Position numbers and translations under genes: made by a program | Shown here: in pieces, positions 10,467 through 20,287 of the stretch | Layout of the letters: every line of letters begins with the position of its first letter | Numbering within the stretch: the first letter of the stretch is position 1 | Source: an uncultured virus (IMG/VR IMGVR_UViG_2061766007_000180) | Taxonomy: Duplodnaviria; Heunggongvirae; Uroviricota; Caudoviricetes | Virus record (IMG/VR): IMGVR_UViG_2061766007_000180 | Direction: 5' to 3' (one strand) | DNA length: 64,000 nt | Notes under the pieces: generated by a model | The model's input: only the letters and a program-made list of their open reading frames with translations | Databases searched by the model: none | What the model was told of the DNA's origin: nothing

Positions 10467-10478
10467 AGAGATAAACCC

Positions 10479-11516
10479 ATGAAGAAATTCGCATATGCCG
10501 CCATCCTGGCAATCTCCACCCTCTGCGGATGCACCGACAGCAAGACCAAGCTGTACGTCTACACCTGGGCCGATTACATCGATCCGGAAATCATCAAAGA
10601 GTTCGAGGCCGAAAACAATTGCACGGTCGTGATCGACACGTTCGACTCCAACGAAGCCATGCACGCGAAGCTTACGTCCGGGGGTGGTGGATACGACGTG
10701 CTCACTCCGACCGAATATTTCATCCGTCCGCTCGTCGAGGCGAATCTCATCTGCAAGCTCGATCCGGAGAAGCTTCCGAACGCAAAGAAGAACCTGGACG
10801 AGATGTTCCGGACGGAATGGACCTTCGAGTATGACGTCCCCTACGCATTTTCGTGCATCGGCATCCTGTGGCGGAAAGACAAGGTTCCCCCGGATCTGAC
10901 GTTCAACGACTGGGAGGACCTGTTTGACAAGCGTCTCGGGGGACGGATCTGCATCATGAACGACATCCGCGAGATCATCGGCCTCGGGCTCAAGATCAAC
11001 GGATATTCCGTGAATTCCACTAACGATTCCGAGATCGCGAAAGCCGTGGAGACGGCCCGTCGCTGGAAGGGCCGGGCTTCGAAGATGGACAACGAAGCGT
11101 ACAGGACCGCGATTCCCGCAGGAGAGCTCGCGGCCGCGATGTCCTACAATTCGGACGCCGTCATGCTTCTGGTCGAGGATCCGGACAATCTCGGATACGT
11201 GGTTCCCACCAACGGAGCACCCTCGAGCGTGGATGTCCTCTGCATAACCTCGCAATCCCCGAACAAGGATCTCGCCCACAAGTTCATCGACATGTTCTAC
11301 GATCCGGAGATCGCGGTCAGAAACGCGGAATACAACTGCGTCCCGATGCCCGTCGCCGGAACATACGACAGGCTTTCCGAGAAGTACAAGGCAATGCCTG
11401 TGATGCGAGTCACCAAAGATCTCCGGGCGAGATGCGAGGATATCGTGGACGTTGGGGACGCCCTGAAGAAGTATTCCAAGGCGTGGGACGCCATCACCAA
11501 GGAGTCTGAAAAGTGA
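10479..11516 (+). CDS. potD: Spermidine/putrescine ABC transporter substrate-binding lipoprotein (PotD/PotF family)
   Basis: LCGC lipobox; LYVYTWADYIDP...FE.E...V..DTFDSNEAM.AKL...YDV..P. Confidence 0.9.
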   Translation: MKKFAYAAILAISTLCGCTDSKTKLYVYTWADYIDPEIIKEFEAENNCTVVIDTFDSNEAMHAKLTSGGGGYDVLTPTEYFIRPLVEANLICKLDPEKLPNAKKNLDEMFRTEWTFEYDVPYAFSCIGILWRKDKVPPDLTFNDWEDLFDKRLGGRICIMNDIREIIGLGLKINGYSVNSTNDSEIAKAVETARRWKGRASKMDNEAYRTAIPAGELAAAMSYNSDAVMLLVEDPDNLGYVVPTNGAPSSVDVLCITSQSPNKDLAHKFIDMFYDPEIAVRNAEYNCVPMPVAGTYDRLSEKYKAMPVMRVTKDLRARCEDIVDVGDALKKYSKAWDAITKESEK

Positions 11517-11526
11517 GGAATGACCC

Positions 11527-11916
11527 TTGAAGCTAACCCTGGTCAGAGGTCTTCCGGGATCCGGAAAGAGCACATACGTCAAAAAGAACTTCTCGTGTCT
11601 CCACCTGGAAAACGACATGTTCCACATGAGGGACGGAGGATACGAATGGTCCGCGGAGGCGATGCCCGACGCGGTCAGGTGGTGTGCCGAAACCTGCAGG
11701 AGAGCATTGGAGCTCCGGATGGACGTGGTGGTCTCGAACACCTTCACGAAGAGGAAATTCGTCGAATTCTACCGCAACCTCGCCATGGAGACACACGCCG
11801 AATTCGAGGTCGTCAGATGCACGGGAGAATTCGGAAGCGTCCATGACGTTCCGGAGAAGACTCTCGAGAACATGAGAAGAAGTTTTGAGGATTATCCAGG
11901 AGAGACGTTCGTATGA
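11527..11916 (+). CDS. Small P-loop kinase (AAA_33 / polynucleotide-kinase-like)
   Basis: RGLPGSGKST, VVVSNTF, HDVP motifs. Confidence 0.85.
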   Translation: MKLTLVRGLPGSGKSTYVKKNFSCLHLENDMFHMRDGGYEWSAEAMPDAVRWCAETCRRALELRMDVVVSNTFTKRKFVEFYRNLAMETHAEFEVVRCTGEFGSVHDVPEKTLENMRRSFEDYPGETFV

Positions 11917-12116
11917 GCATGTTCCAGAGAAAGATCGGAGAGAAGTCTCTTCCGGATCCGGAAGATTCCGTTACGCAGAATTCCGTTACGCAGAATTCCG
12001 TAAGCAACACCCCGGAAGACACGTTTGAGAAGGCCGGAGAGATCGTGGGATGGGTCCTGATGGGACTCGTCTTCGGCTTTCTCGGGAAGGTCGTCTTCAA
12101 CCTCGTTTTTCTCTAA
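11913..12116 (+). CDS. Small membrane protein with SVTQN repeats
   Basis: 15-bp tandem TTCCGTTACGCAGAA; C-terminal TM helix. Confidence 0.55.
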   Translation: MSMFQRKIGEKSLPDPEDSVTQNSVTQNSVSNTPEDTFEKAGEIVGWVLMGLVFGFLGKVVFNLVFL

Positions 12117-12196
12117 AAAATCTTTCTGTTTTCGGTTGACACTCCCCGGCCGATGTGCTATCATATGCGCATCTTCAACAAAAACAGGAAACTGAA

Positions 12197-13375
12197 ATGT
12201 CCACATCAAAGAAAAAGACCGATTCCGTAGTCGACATCCACAACCGCATCTCGCCAGTGGAGCTCGAGAACCTGATCAAGAACACCTACGAGTCGTTCCA
12301 CGGGGAACACAGGAACGAGGAAGCCTGCAAGGCGAGCGTCCAGTCGATGCCGATCATGATCCACTCGTCCCCTGGTTGCGGGAAGTCCTCGATCGTCAAG
12401 AAATGCGCGAAGGATCTCGGAATCGACTTCATCGATTGCCGCCTTTCCCAGATCGAGCCCTGCGACATCAAGGGTCTTCCGGTCCCCAACAAGGAAGAGC
12501 ACACGATGGACTGGTACGTCAACGGAACATGGCCTCGGGATCCGAACTCCAAGGGGATTCTCTTCCTTGACGAGCTGACCGCGGCGGACCGTTCGATCGC
12601 GGTGGCCGCATACGAGTTGATCCTCGACCGCCGCCTCGGAAAGCTCTACCATCTTCCCGACGGATGGATGATCGTCGGTGCCGGAAACATGGCCGGAGAC
12701 CGCGCGGTCGCCTCTCCGATGTCTTCGGCTCTCGCCAACCGCTTCCTTCACGTCGAGCTCGATCCGGACTGGGAATCGTGGCTCTCGTGGGGTCTCGTCC
12801 ACAACATCCATCCGGCCGTCATGGGCTACATCCGCTTCCGCCCCGACGCTCTCTTTACGATGGACGGACAGACCCTGGACCGCGGATGGCCGTCTCCGCG
12901 TTCCTGGGAACGCGTGTCCCAGATGTGCTATGTCATCCAGGACGAGGCCGTCCTCTCCAAGGTCGTGTATGGTCTCATCGGCCAGGGAGTGGGTGTCGAG
13001 TTCATGGAGTTCAAGAAGATGTCTGCTGAATTCGACAACATCCTCGATCTGATGACCGATCCCAACAAGAAGATCGTCATCCCGAAAGAGGCCGACCGCA
13101 AGAACGCCATGGTCTCCGCGATGCTCTACCACCTGTGGCGCGGCAAGGACGAGAAGGACGAGGATGCACGCGTGTACGGATTCTTCCGGATCTGCATCGA
13201 GATGGACGCCGCGTTTTCCGCGATGGCCGTCCAGGCCGGGTATGCCGGAAACGACCGCGTCCCGAAGTCCTATGCGGTGCAGAAGATGTACAAGTGTCCT
13301 CTCCGCCAGAAGTGGGCGAAGACCCAGGGCAAGAACATCACGTCGAAGTACGAGATCGACATCGACAAGGAATAG
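12197..13375 (+). CDS. MoxR-like AAA+ ATPase
   Basis: PGCGKS Walker A, ILFLDE Walker B, GAGN, ALANRF, PSPRSW. Confidence 0.9.
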   Translation: MSTSKKKTDSVVDIHNRISPVELENLIKNTYESFHGEHRNEEACKASVQSMPIMIHSSPGCGKSSIVKKCAKDLGIDFIDCRLSQIEPCDIKGLPVPNKEEHTMDWYVNGTWPRDPNSKGILFLDELTAADRSIAVAAYELILDRRLGKLYHLPDGWMIVGAGNMAGDRAVASPMSSALANRFLHVELDPDWESWLSWGLVHNIHPAVMGYIRFRPDALFTMDGQTLDRGWPSPRSWERVSQMCYVIQDEAVLSKVVYGLIGQGVGVEFMEFKKMSAEFDNILDLMTDPNKKIVIPKEADRKNAMVSAMLYHLWRGKDEKDEDARVYGFFRICIEMDAAFSAMAVQAGYAGNDRVPKSYAVQKMYKCPLRQKWAKTQGKNITSKYEIDIDKE

Positions 13376-13393
13376 GGAAATTGTTGAAGAACC

Positions 13394-13423
13394 GGTCCGG
13401 GGACTTCGGTCTCCGGACTCTTT
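13394..13423 (+). terminator. Intrinsic terminator
   Basis: GTCCGGGGAC-TTCG-GTCTCCGGAC hairpin followed by TCTTT. Confidence 0.7.
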
Positions 13424-13434
13424 AACCACCAAAG

Positions 13435-14124
13435 ATGAAAAAAATCTCATTTTTTATCGTGTTGTCTTCAGTTTTGACAACATTTGCCAATCGAGTCCAG
13501 GTCTGGACCCAAGAGGACGTTTCCACACGGATCCCAGACACGCCGCTTACGCTGAATGTTTCACAAGAAAACCGGATCGGGGTCAACGATTCTCCGGACG
13601 GGAAGAAGCACCTGGACGAAATCCACGTCGCTCCGACGTTGTGGTATGGAGCGTCTTCCTGGCTGGATCTTGGACTTAATGATCGCCTTGTTCTTTTGCG
13701 GAACGGGAACGATGTACGGTACAAGACGGACCATCGTCCCGGAATAGACGTTAGATTCAAGACCGATGCCAACGGTTGGGATCTGAGCAACAGGTCTCGA
13801 TTCATCTACCGCCAGGTCGAGCACGAACGCGGCTATTTCCGATACAGGAATCTAAGCAGGATCGATACCCCCTGGAAGCTGACGAACCTGGAGATTCGTC
13901 CGTATGCCTCGTACGAGTGGTATTTCGACGAGGGGTGCAAGGAGCGTCGTTACAGGACATGCAACAAGTTTTCAATCCAGTGGCTGACTGTCGGAGCCAC
14001 CTGGAGACTTTGGAGGAATTTTAAAGTCGATCTCCACTACATGCTAACGGAGACTCGGGACAGGACAACCGGAAACTGGTCTCCGGGACACGTCATCGGA
14101 GTCGGGATTTCCGCATCTTTCTGA
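13435..14124 (+). CDS. DUF2490-like outer-membrane beta-barrel protein
   Basis: Signal peptide, alternating beta pattern, SNRSRF, RYRN, PYASYE.Y, terminal Phe. Confidence 0.7.
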   Translation: MKKISFFIVLSSVLTTFANRVQVWTQEDVSTRIPDTPLTLNVSQENRIGVNDSPDGKKHLDEIHVAPTLWYGASSWLDLGLNDRLVLLRNGNDVRYKTDHRPGIDVRFKTDANGWDLSNRSRFIYRQVEHERGYFRYRNLSRIDTPWKLTNLEIRPYASYEWYFDEGCKERRYRTCNKFSIQWLTVGATWRLWRNFKVDLHYMLTETRDRTTGNWSPGHVIGVGISASF

Positions 14125-14167
14125 AATTTTGGTTGACAACACGTTTCGAAAAAGGTACAATGTGGGC

Positions 14168-15646
14168 ATGAGCAAGGAATACACGGAAAAAGAGATCGAG
14201 GATTTCTTCGAGAGAATCAAGAACCCGGACACGAAACTCACGGAGAAGGACCTCCAGACACTCAAGGAACGTGTCCGGAAATCCCTCGCGGTGGATCTTT
14301 CCAATCTTCTGACGCGCCAGTCGTTCATCAGCTCGATGGCGTTCAGGTTCGACATCATTCCGGTCCGGGACTACCGGGTCTCGACCGCCCAGACGGACGG
14401 CACCAGGATATTCTTCGACATCGACTTCTATTCCCGTCTCTCGAAGGGTGAACGCGAGTTCGTGATCGCGCACGAGGTCTGGCACAACATCTTCCTGCAT
14501 TTCCTTCGCAGGCAGGGACGCGATCCCGATCTCTGGAACATCGCAACCGACTGCGAGATCAACCAGATGCTGAAGGGAGAGGGTTTCTCCGCTCCGGACA
14601 AGCTCTGCTTCCCTCCGAAAGGTTACGAGGACAAGAACGCGGAGGACATCTACGAGTATTACATGCGAAAGATGAAGTCCGCGGCGAAAAAGGCCGGAAA
14701 GTCGGGAGCTTCCGGAGGAAGCGGAACCCGAGGCAACGGATCCGGACAGACGGAGAGCTCTTCCGGAAGCGGGGATGGTGGCGACGACGAGGACGGCCGC
14801 AACGAGGTGAACAGGGGCAAGTCCAAGAACGGAAGGCTCGAAGGCCAGTTCGACCGACACTCCGACAAGGAGGATCCGGACGGCAACGGAGAGGGGGATG
14901 AAAAGTCGGAAGGACTGTCCTTGCCGAAGGACAAGTGGGGCGAGAAGGGTCGCGATTCCGACTATCGTCCGTCCATCGCAAAGAATGCCGCGGACAAGAT
15001 CCGCCGGGCGATCGTTTCCGAGGCACAGCGCTACGAGCGCATGAAAGGTACGCTCCCCGGGAACCTTCGCCGGATCCTCGACACGATCTACAAGCCGGAG
15101 ATCTCGTGGCGCGAACATCTTTCCCAATTCGTCACCTCGTGTTTCGGGGACCGTCGCCAGTGGCTTCCTCCCCAACGCAGGTCGGTCTGGTCGGAATCCT
15201 ATTTCCAGTCCAGAAGGGGCGAGAAGATCAACGTTTCCGTGATCGTGGACACGTCCGGCTCCTGCACCGAGGACATCCCGAAGTTCCTCACCGAGCTTGT
15301 CGGTCTCCTGAACACCTTCGGACGCTACACGCTGACCCTGGTCCAGTGCGACGCGGAGGTGCAGTCCGTGGAGACCTACGACGACAACAATCCGTTCCCT
15401 CTCGAGCACATGGAGGAGATCGAATGGAAAGGTTTCGGGGGTTCGGACCTCAATCCGGCGTTCAAGGAGCTGGAGAGGTATCCCGAGGGATTCTCGTGCA
15501 ATATCGTCTTCACGGACGGATATATCGATTGCCCCAAGAAGAACCCGCTCGGATGCGACACGCTTTTCATTCTCACAAAGGATGGATCCGACAGTCTCTG
15601 CGATTGGGGAAAGAAGATCCGCTTCAAGGAGAGTCCCCAGGGATGA
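14168..15646 (+). CDS. VWA-like domain / HExxH metallopeptidase (DUF2201 family), MoxR partner
   Basis: TA.TDG, HEVWH, WNIATDCEIN, VDTSGS MIDAS, FTDG; promoter TTGACA(14133)-17-TACAAT(14156). Confidence 0.9.
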   Translation: MSKEYTEKEIEDFFERIKNPDTKLTEKDLQTLKERVRKSLAVDLSNLLTRQSFISSMAFRFDIIPVRDYRVSTAQTDGTRIFFDIDFYSRLSKGEREFVIAHEVWHNIFLHFLRRQGRDPDLWNIATDCEINQMLKGEGFSAPDKLCFPPKGYEDKNAEDIYEYYMRKMKSAAKKAGKSGASGGSGTRGNGSGQTESSSGSGDGGDDEDGRNEVNRGKSKNGRLEGQFDRHSDKEDPDGNGEGDEKSEGLSLPKDKWGEKGRDSDYRPSIAKNAADKIRRAIVSEAQRYERMKGTLPGNLRRILDTIYKPEISWREHLSQFVTSCFGDRRQWLPPQRRSVWSESYFQSRRGEKINVSVIVDTSGSCTEDIPKFLTELVGLLNTFGRYTLTLVQCDAEVQSVETYDDNNPFPLEHMEEIEWKGFGGSDLNPAFKELERYPEGFSCNIVFTDGYIDCPKKNPLGCDTLFILTKDGSDSLCDWGKKIRFKESPQG

Positions 15647-16623
15647 CCTTCGACCCCCATCTCTCCGAAACGGTCTCCCTTTCCGAGGTCCTCGACGAGC
15701 TTCTTCGCTCGAACGAGGATCCGGACACGGTGATGTCGTTCCTGAAGGATTGCGGCTCGTCCCTCCCGGATGTGATTTCCCGGAGCATCTGCGCGTCGAA
15801 GATTCCGAACCTGGACTTCTTCCTGAAGCTGAAGAACCTTTCCGGAAGAAAGCTTTTCCTGAAGCTTGTGAACGACTTCATGGTCGGTCCGGCGGAAAGC
15901 TGGCTTTTCGTCATGCAGGTTGCAAGCCTCGGAAAGGATTCCGTGAAGAACCTTCTGGATCTTGACCAGTCCGAGATATGCAACCGGGCGGCCCTTCTCC
16001 ATCCGATTCCCCATCTGGCGAGGGGAAACTGCCTGGACGCGCTTTTCCTGGAACCCGGATCCTCCATATACTATGTCGCGGAAAAGATCAATGGCTCGAA
16101 GAACGACGATCTGGACGATCTTCTGGCGATGTGTTCCCCGTTTCTCTTCGAGGGGAGGCTGTGCCAGGAGGATCTCTTCCTCCTTTCCGATCTCGACAAG
16201 CGGTTCGTGATCCTCAGGAACCTGATGCAGAACACCGACAAAAGCGTATGCGAGATTCACGGAAGGTTCGTTCTCCAGCTTCTCTGCGGAAACGACGACG
16301 ATGTGAAGTTCACGATCGCGTCCTCCCTGAGGAACCGCACTTCGTGGTGCAGGTATTCTTGGGAGGAAACCCTGGGAATGTTCTCGGGAATGCTTTCGCT
16401 GGACAACATCGAGAAGATAGACGCGACGAGGTCCTTTCCCGAGCTGTACATGGAATTCGCCCCCTTCGGAATGGAGAATGCCGCAAGGGGAATCCTGATA
16501 AGGCTCCTGATGACCGGAAGAGACGACATGATCGTGGAGTTCGCGGAGAACGAGCCGGAGCTGGTCGAGAGGTATCTTCCGGTGGCAAACGTCGCGAAAA
16601 GATTTCTCAACTACTCGAGGTGA
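15643..16623 (+). CDS. Hypothetical helical protein
   Basis: ATGA-coupled 326-aa ORF. Confidence 0.7.
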   Translation: MTFDPHLSETVSLSEVLDELLRSNEDPDTVMSFLKDCGSSLPDVISRSICASKIPNLDFFLKLKNLSGRKLFLKLVNDFMVGPAESWLFVMQVASLGKDSVKNLLDLDQSEICNRAALLHPIPHLARGNCLDALFLEPGSSIYYVAEKINGSKNDDLDDLLAMCSPFLFEGRLCQEDLFLLSDLDKRFVILRNLMQNTDKSVCEIHGRFVLQLLCGNDDDVKFTIASSLRNRTSWCRYSWEETLGMFSGMLSLDNIEKIDATRSFPELYMEFAPFGMENAARGILIRLLMTGRDDMIVEFAENEPELVERYLPVANVAKRFLNYSR

Positions 16624-16627
16624 CGAC

Positions 16628-17131
16628 GTGGACAACGAGACCCTGAAAAGAATCTTGTTGAGAAGATCCGTGCCCGACATAGACGTCCCCGAAATCATCC
16701 TCGAGCTGCAATCCTACGGTTTCCGGTTCGACGGCGATCTCCTGCTGAACATCATGAGGTTGGAATGCGGGGCTTCTCTGGTAGACAAGATCCTCCACGA
16801 AACCGACGAGATCGACGAGATGTTCAAGGACCCGAAGGTCATGAACACATACCTCAAGAACATGACCCCATACTCCTATGCTCCCCTTTCCAAAGGTTTC
16901 ATGCGGCTCTTCGAACGCCGTCCGGGGATCATCCTGAAATTCTATCTGACACATATCCGGGAAGCCATCTCGAAGACCCCCTGGTTTCCGGAACCATACA
17001 TGTCTTACGACGACAAGGTTGTCTCGTGGGCGATAAAGAACCACAGCAACAAGGATTTTCCAGATGGATTGTGGGAGAAGATCATAGAGGTCCACAATGA
17101 CATGATAAACTTATCTGCGCACAGGGACTGA
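16628..17131 (+). CDS. Hypothetical protein
   Basis: 167-aa ORF; N-terminal PEIILELQSYGF resembles the EEL-motif family. Confidence 0.65.
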   Translation: MDNETLKRILLRRSVPDIDVPEIILELQSYGFRFDGDLLLNIMRLECGASLVDKILHETDEIDEMFKDPKVMNTYLKNMTPYSYAPLSKGFMRLFERRPGIILKFYLTHIREAISKTPWFPEPYMSYDDKVVSWAIKNHSNKDFPDGLWEKIIEVHNDMINLSAHRD

Positions 17132-17149
17132 AAGGTGTACACTATTCCC

Positions 17150-18124
17150 ATGAAGATTAGAATAATTTCAGACATCCACCGTAGCATCAACGAAAACTAT
17201 CCCCTCGAGCTCGAGGACAACTGCGACTACACCCTCATTGCCGGGGATCTCGGTCCGGAGTTCGAGAAGAACGCGGAATGGCTCCGGAAGAACGTGAAGC
17301 GCGGAGCCTTCGTTTCCGGAAACCACGACGCGTACGACAGGAAGATCACGATCGAGGACGCGAAGGAGTTCTACCACCGGGAGTTTCCCGAGGACTCCGA
17401 CATCACGTACTTCGACAGCTCGGTCGGAGTCCTCTCAAAGGAGATCGCTCCGGGAATCCTTCTCGTGGCAGACGTCCTCTATACGGACTACGCGCTTCCG
17501 GTCTCCGGAATGGACGAGGGACGTCCGCCGGACCAGATCGTCAAATCCAACATCCGCCGTGCCGAACCCAAGTTCCACGGAACGTACATGAACGATTTCA
17601 ACTACTACACGAGGGACGGAAGGTACGCGTCCGACTGGGAGAAGAACCACAACTACGACGACCGCTACCACATCACCCCACACCATTATCTTCGCCATTT
17701 CGAGAAGACGTTTGCCGAGATCACCCGGATAATCGAGGCAAATCCCGACAAGAGGGTGATCCTGATGACCCACCATTGCCTTTCTCCGAGATGCATCGGC
17801 GAGAAATTCTCGAAGGACGAGCTCAACGCCTCGTACGTCTCGGACAGGGAGAAGTGGATCGCGGACCATCCGAACCTCAAGCTTGTCGTTTCGGGACATG
17901 TCCACAACCGGAACACGTTCCATGTCGGAGATGCGCTCTATGTCCTGAATCCTCTCGGGTACGTTCCCTACGGAGAACACCTGGAGGGAGAGAACGGGGA
18001 GGCATGGACTCCGGATTGTTTCGTGGATACCGAGACATGGACCGTCTCGAAGGAACCATACCGGAACAAGGAGTGGGAAAAGAGACTCAAGAAGGACTTG
18101 GACGCGTGGTCCATGTTTGGCTAA
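17150..18124 (+). CDS. Metallophosphoesterase
   Basis: ISDIH, IAGD, GNHD, THH, GHVH motifs. Confidence 0.9.
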   Translation: MKIRIISDIHRSINENYPLELEDNCDYTLIAGDLGPEFEKNAEWLRKNVKRGAFVSGNHDAYDRKITIEDAKEFYHREFPEDSDITYFDSSVGVLSKEIAPGILLVADVLYTDYALPVSGMDEGRPPDQIVKSNIRRAEPKFHGTYMNDFNYYTRDGRYASDWEKNHNYDDRYHITPHHYLRHFEKTFAEITRIIEANPDKRVILMTHHCLSPRCIGEKFSKDELNASYVSDREKWIADHPNLKLVVSGHVHNRNTFHVGDALYVLNPLGYVPYGEHLEGENGEAWTPDCFVDTETWTVSKEPYRNKEWEKRLKKDLDAWSMFG

Positions 18125-18139
18125 CGGAAGGATAGGAAA

Positions 18140-18754
18140 ATGTCACGAGGAAGCTATTTCGAGCTGCTGAAGATGAACCGCACCGCCAGCGTCGAGGACC
18201 TGACGAAGATGCGCGACAGGCTGATTTCCATGTCCAAGGACGACGAGATCAAGCGGAGCGATTCCGTATGGATGGTTCCCCTGGAAGACAGGTCCTGGGG
18301 CCAGCTCGCGGACAAGTATACCGGAACCGTCTACGATTCGATCCTCCACCTGGAGTTCAACTCGATGTTCTCTTCCCTGAGGGAGCACTGCGAGGAATCG
18401 CTCGAGATGAGCGCGTACGGAAACGATCGGTGGAAGATCGACCGGAATACCGCGACCGAGATGATCAAGGCGATCGACTACATCCTCTACGGGAAGTTCG
18501 ATCCCGAGATCGAAAGGATCGTCGGAAAGACATATGTCGAGATTTTCGGAGATCTGGACCGGAAATATTCGCTTTGGAAGTATCGTCAGGATTTTCCCAA
18601 TGATCAGGAATACACCGGAAGCGACATCGAGGATCGGAGGGAAGCCCTGATCGACATCCGGACCATCCTCAATGCATATCTCATCGCCACGGACGATACC
18701 TGGGAGGAAAAGAATTCCGGAGAATACGTCCTGACGTATGTCATCTGGGGTTGA
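18140..18754 (+). CDS. Hypothetical protein
   Basis: 204-aa ORF, AGGA RBS. Confidence 0.7.
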   Translation: MSRGSYFELLKMNRTASVEDLTKMRDRLISMSKDDEIKRSDSVWMVPLEDRSWGQLADKYTGTVYDSILHLEFNSMFSSLREHCEESLEMSAYGNDRWKIDRNTATEMIKAIDYILYGKFDPEIERIVGKTYVEIFGDLDRKYSLWKYRQDFPNDQEYTGSDIEDRREALIDIRTILNAYLIATDDTWEEKNSGEYVLTYVIWG

Positions 18755-18761
18755 CCCAGGA

Positions 18762-18838
18762 GGACCCGTAGCTTAACTGGTTGAAGCCCCCGGCCCATAC
18801 CCGGTCGATTGCAGGTCCGAGTCCTGCCGGGTCCACCA
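18762..18838 (+). tRNA. tRNA with CAT anticodon (Ile2/Met-like), atypical C33 and TCC T-loop
   Basis: GGACCCG/CGGGTCC-A-CCA acceptor, GCTT/AAGC D stem, loop CCCATAC, GCAGG-TCCGAGT-CCTGC. Confidence 0.8.
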
Positions 18839-18873
18839 ATGTCCCCCTCCCTTCGGAGGGGGTAATTATTTCC

Positions 18874-19305
18874 ATGGCCAAAAAGCTGACATATGAGGCA
18901 ATAGTTTCGCAAATTTCCAAAATATGCCAAAAACAGAACATAATTTTGGTTTTGAACGATCCTGACGTCACCAAGGACAACGGTGCGGCCTTCGGAAAGC
19001 ACGAGATCCATCTCGGAAAGAAGTATTCCAGCAACTACATCTTCATGGCGATCTTCTTTCACGAGTACGGCCACATAGTCCTCCAAAGGAGGAAATCCTA
19101 CAAGAACAGCCGGTATCCGATCTTCCGGGAGGAGGTTCTCGCGTGGACCCTCGCGATGGAATACCAGCTCAAGTACTTCAACCGGCATTTCACGAGAAGC
19201 CAGGGAAAGTTCATGCTTGAATGTCTCCGGACCTACTCGAAGCAGCACTACATCTTCCGGAAGAGCTATCCCCGGGAAACGGACGAAGAAGACGACGAAG
19301 ACTGA
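18874..19305 (+). CDS. HExxH metallopeptidase-like protein
   Basis: FFHEYGH...EE..AW. Confidence 0.65.
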   Translation: MAKKLTYEAIVSQISKICQKQNIILVLNDPDVTKDNGAAFGKHEIHLGKKYSSNYIFMAIFFHEYGHIVLQRRKSYKNSRYPIFREEVLAWTLAMEYQLKYFNRHFTRSQGKFMLECLRTYSKQHYIFRKSYPRETDEEDDED

Positions 19306-19349
19306 GGTTTTTGCTTGACTTCTTCCGGGAAATGCCGTACAATGTAGGC

Positions 19350-19616
19350 ATGAATGCAGAAGAAGCAAAAAGAATCGCATTGGATTCGGAAGGATACCGG
19401 GCATACCGGAACAATACCATCTCGCAGATCCACACGGAAATCGAGCAGGTGGCCAAGGCCGGACTTTTCAGCCGAGAAATTAGGCTTCCCGGAATTTCTG
19501 GATACTCGGATTCCGAATCGTACAGACGGTCTACCCAGATTATCGTGACACTCAAGGACGAAGGATTTTCCGTAGAGCGAACCGGCTCGGATACGATCCT
19601 CGTAAGGTGGGACTGA
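19350..19616 (+). CDS. Hypothetical protein
   Basis: TTGACT(19315)-17-TACAAT(19338)-6 nt-ATG. Confidence 0.7.
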   Translation: MNAEEAKRIALDSEGYRAYRNNTISQIHTEIEQVAKAGLFSREIRLPGISGYSDSESYRRSTQIIVTLKDEGFSVERTGSDTILVRWD

Positions 19617-19617
19617 G

Positions 19618-20202
19618 TTGGGCTGCGACATCCACGTGAAGACCTACCTGTGGTCCAAGGTCGAGAACAGGTACATCGATCTCTTCGAGGTCCTGGAGTC
19701 CTGGAGCATCGCCTCCGAACACACCGATTTTCCGGACATAGTCGGAGACAGGCACTACGATCTCTTCGGAGCCTTCGGGCATTCCGGAAGGTCGTACTAC
19801 CCGGCAATGGACTGCCTCTACTACGGCTTCCCCCCTTTCCTGAGAGGCTCCACCCTGGAGAAGTTCCTCACGGAACCCCGTTCCGGATACTTCGGCTTCG
19901 TGTGGTGCCTTCTTCCGGAACTCTCGAAGAGCATCCTGAGGTACAACCGGGCGCTCGCCGATCCGGATCTCTACTACCGGAACGATCCAGAGACTGACCA
20001 GTACCTGGACTACAAGGACGGACTCTTCACGAAGGAGGAGTTCCGGAGGTACAACCAGAATGTGATAGATGCCCTGAAGGAGGTCCGGAAAAAGGTCCTG
20101 AAGATAAGAAGCGCGGTTCTGGAACGCTTCAAGAACGGGGAGACCGGGGAGAATCTCTTCGACGTGGAGAAGACGGTCTTCCTCGTGTGGTTCGACAACT
20201 GA
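19618..20202 (+). CDS. Conserved phage protein (MGCDIH...WFDN type)
   Basis: Recognisable N- and C-terminal patterns of a widespread phage family. Confidence 0.8.
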   Translation: MGCDIHVKTYLWSKVENRYIDLFEVLESWSIASEHTDFPDIVGDRHYDLFGAFGHSGRSYYPAMDCLYYGFPPFLRGSTLEKFLTEPRSGYFGFVWCLLPELSKSILRYNRALADPDLYYRNDPETDQYLDYKDGLFTKEEFRRYNQNVIDALKEVRKKVLKIRSAVLERFKNGETGENLFDVEKTVFLVWFDN

Positions 20203-20287
20203 AAAAAAAAGAAGCTTTTCGGTTGACAACATCCGGAAAATCCGGTACAATGTCGCCGTCTTAAAACCCAACCAAAGGAAAAAAGAA

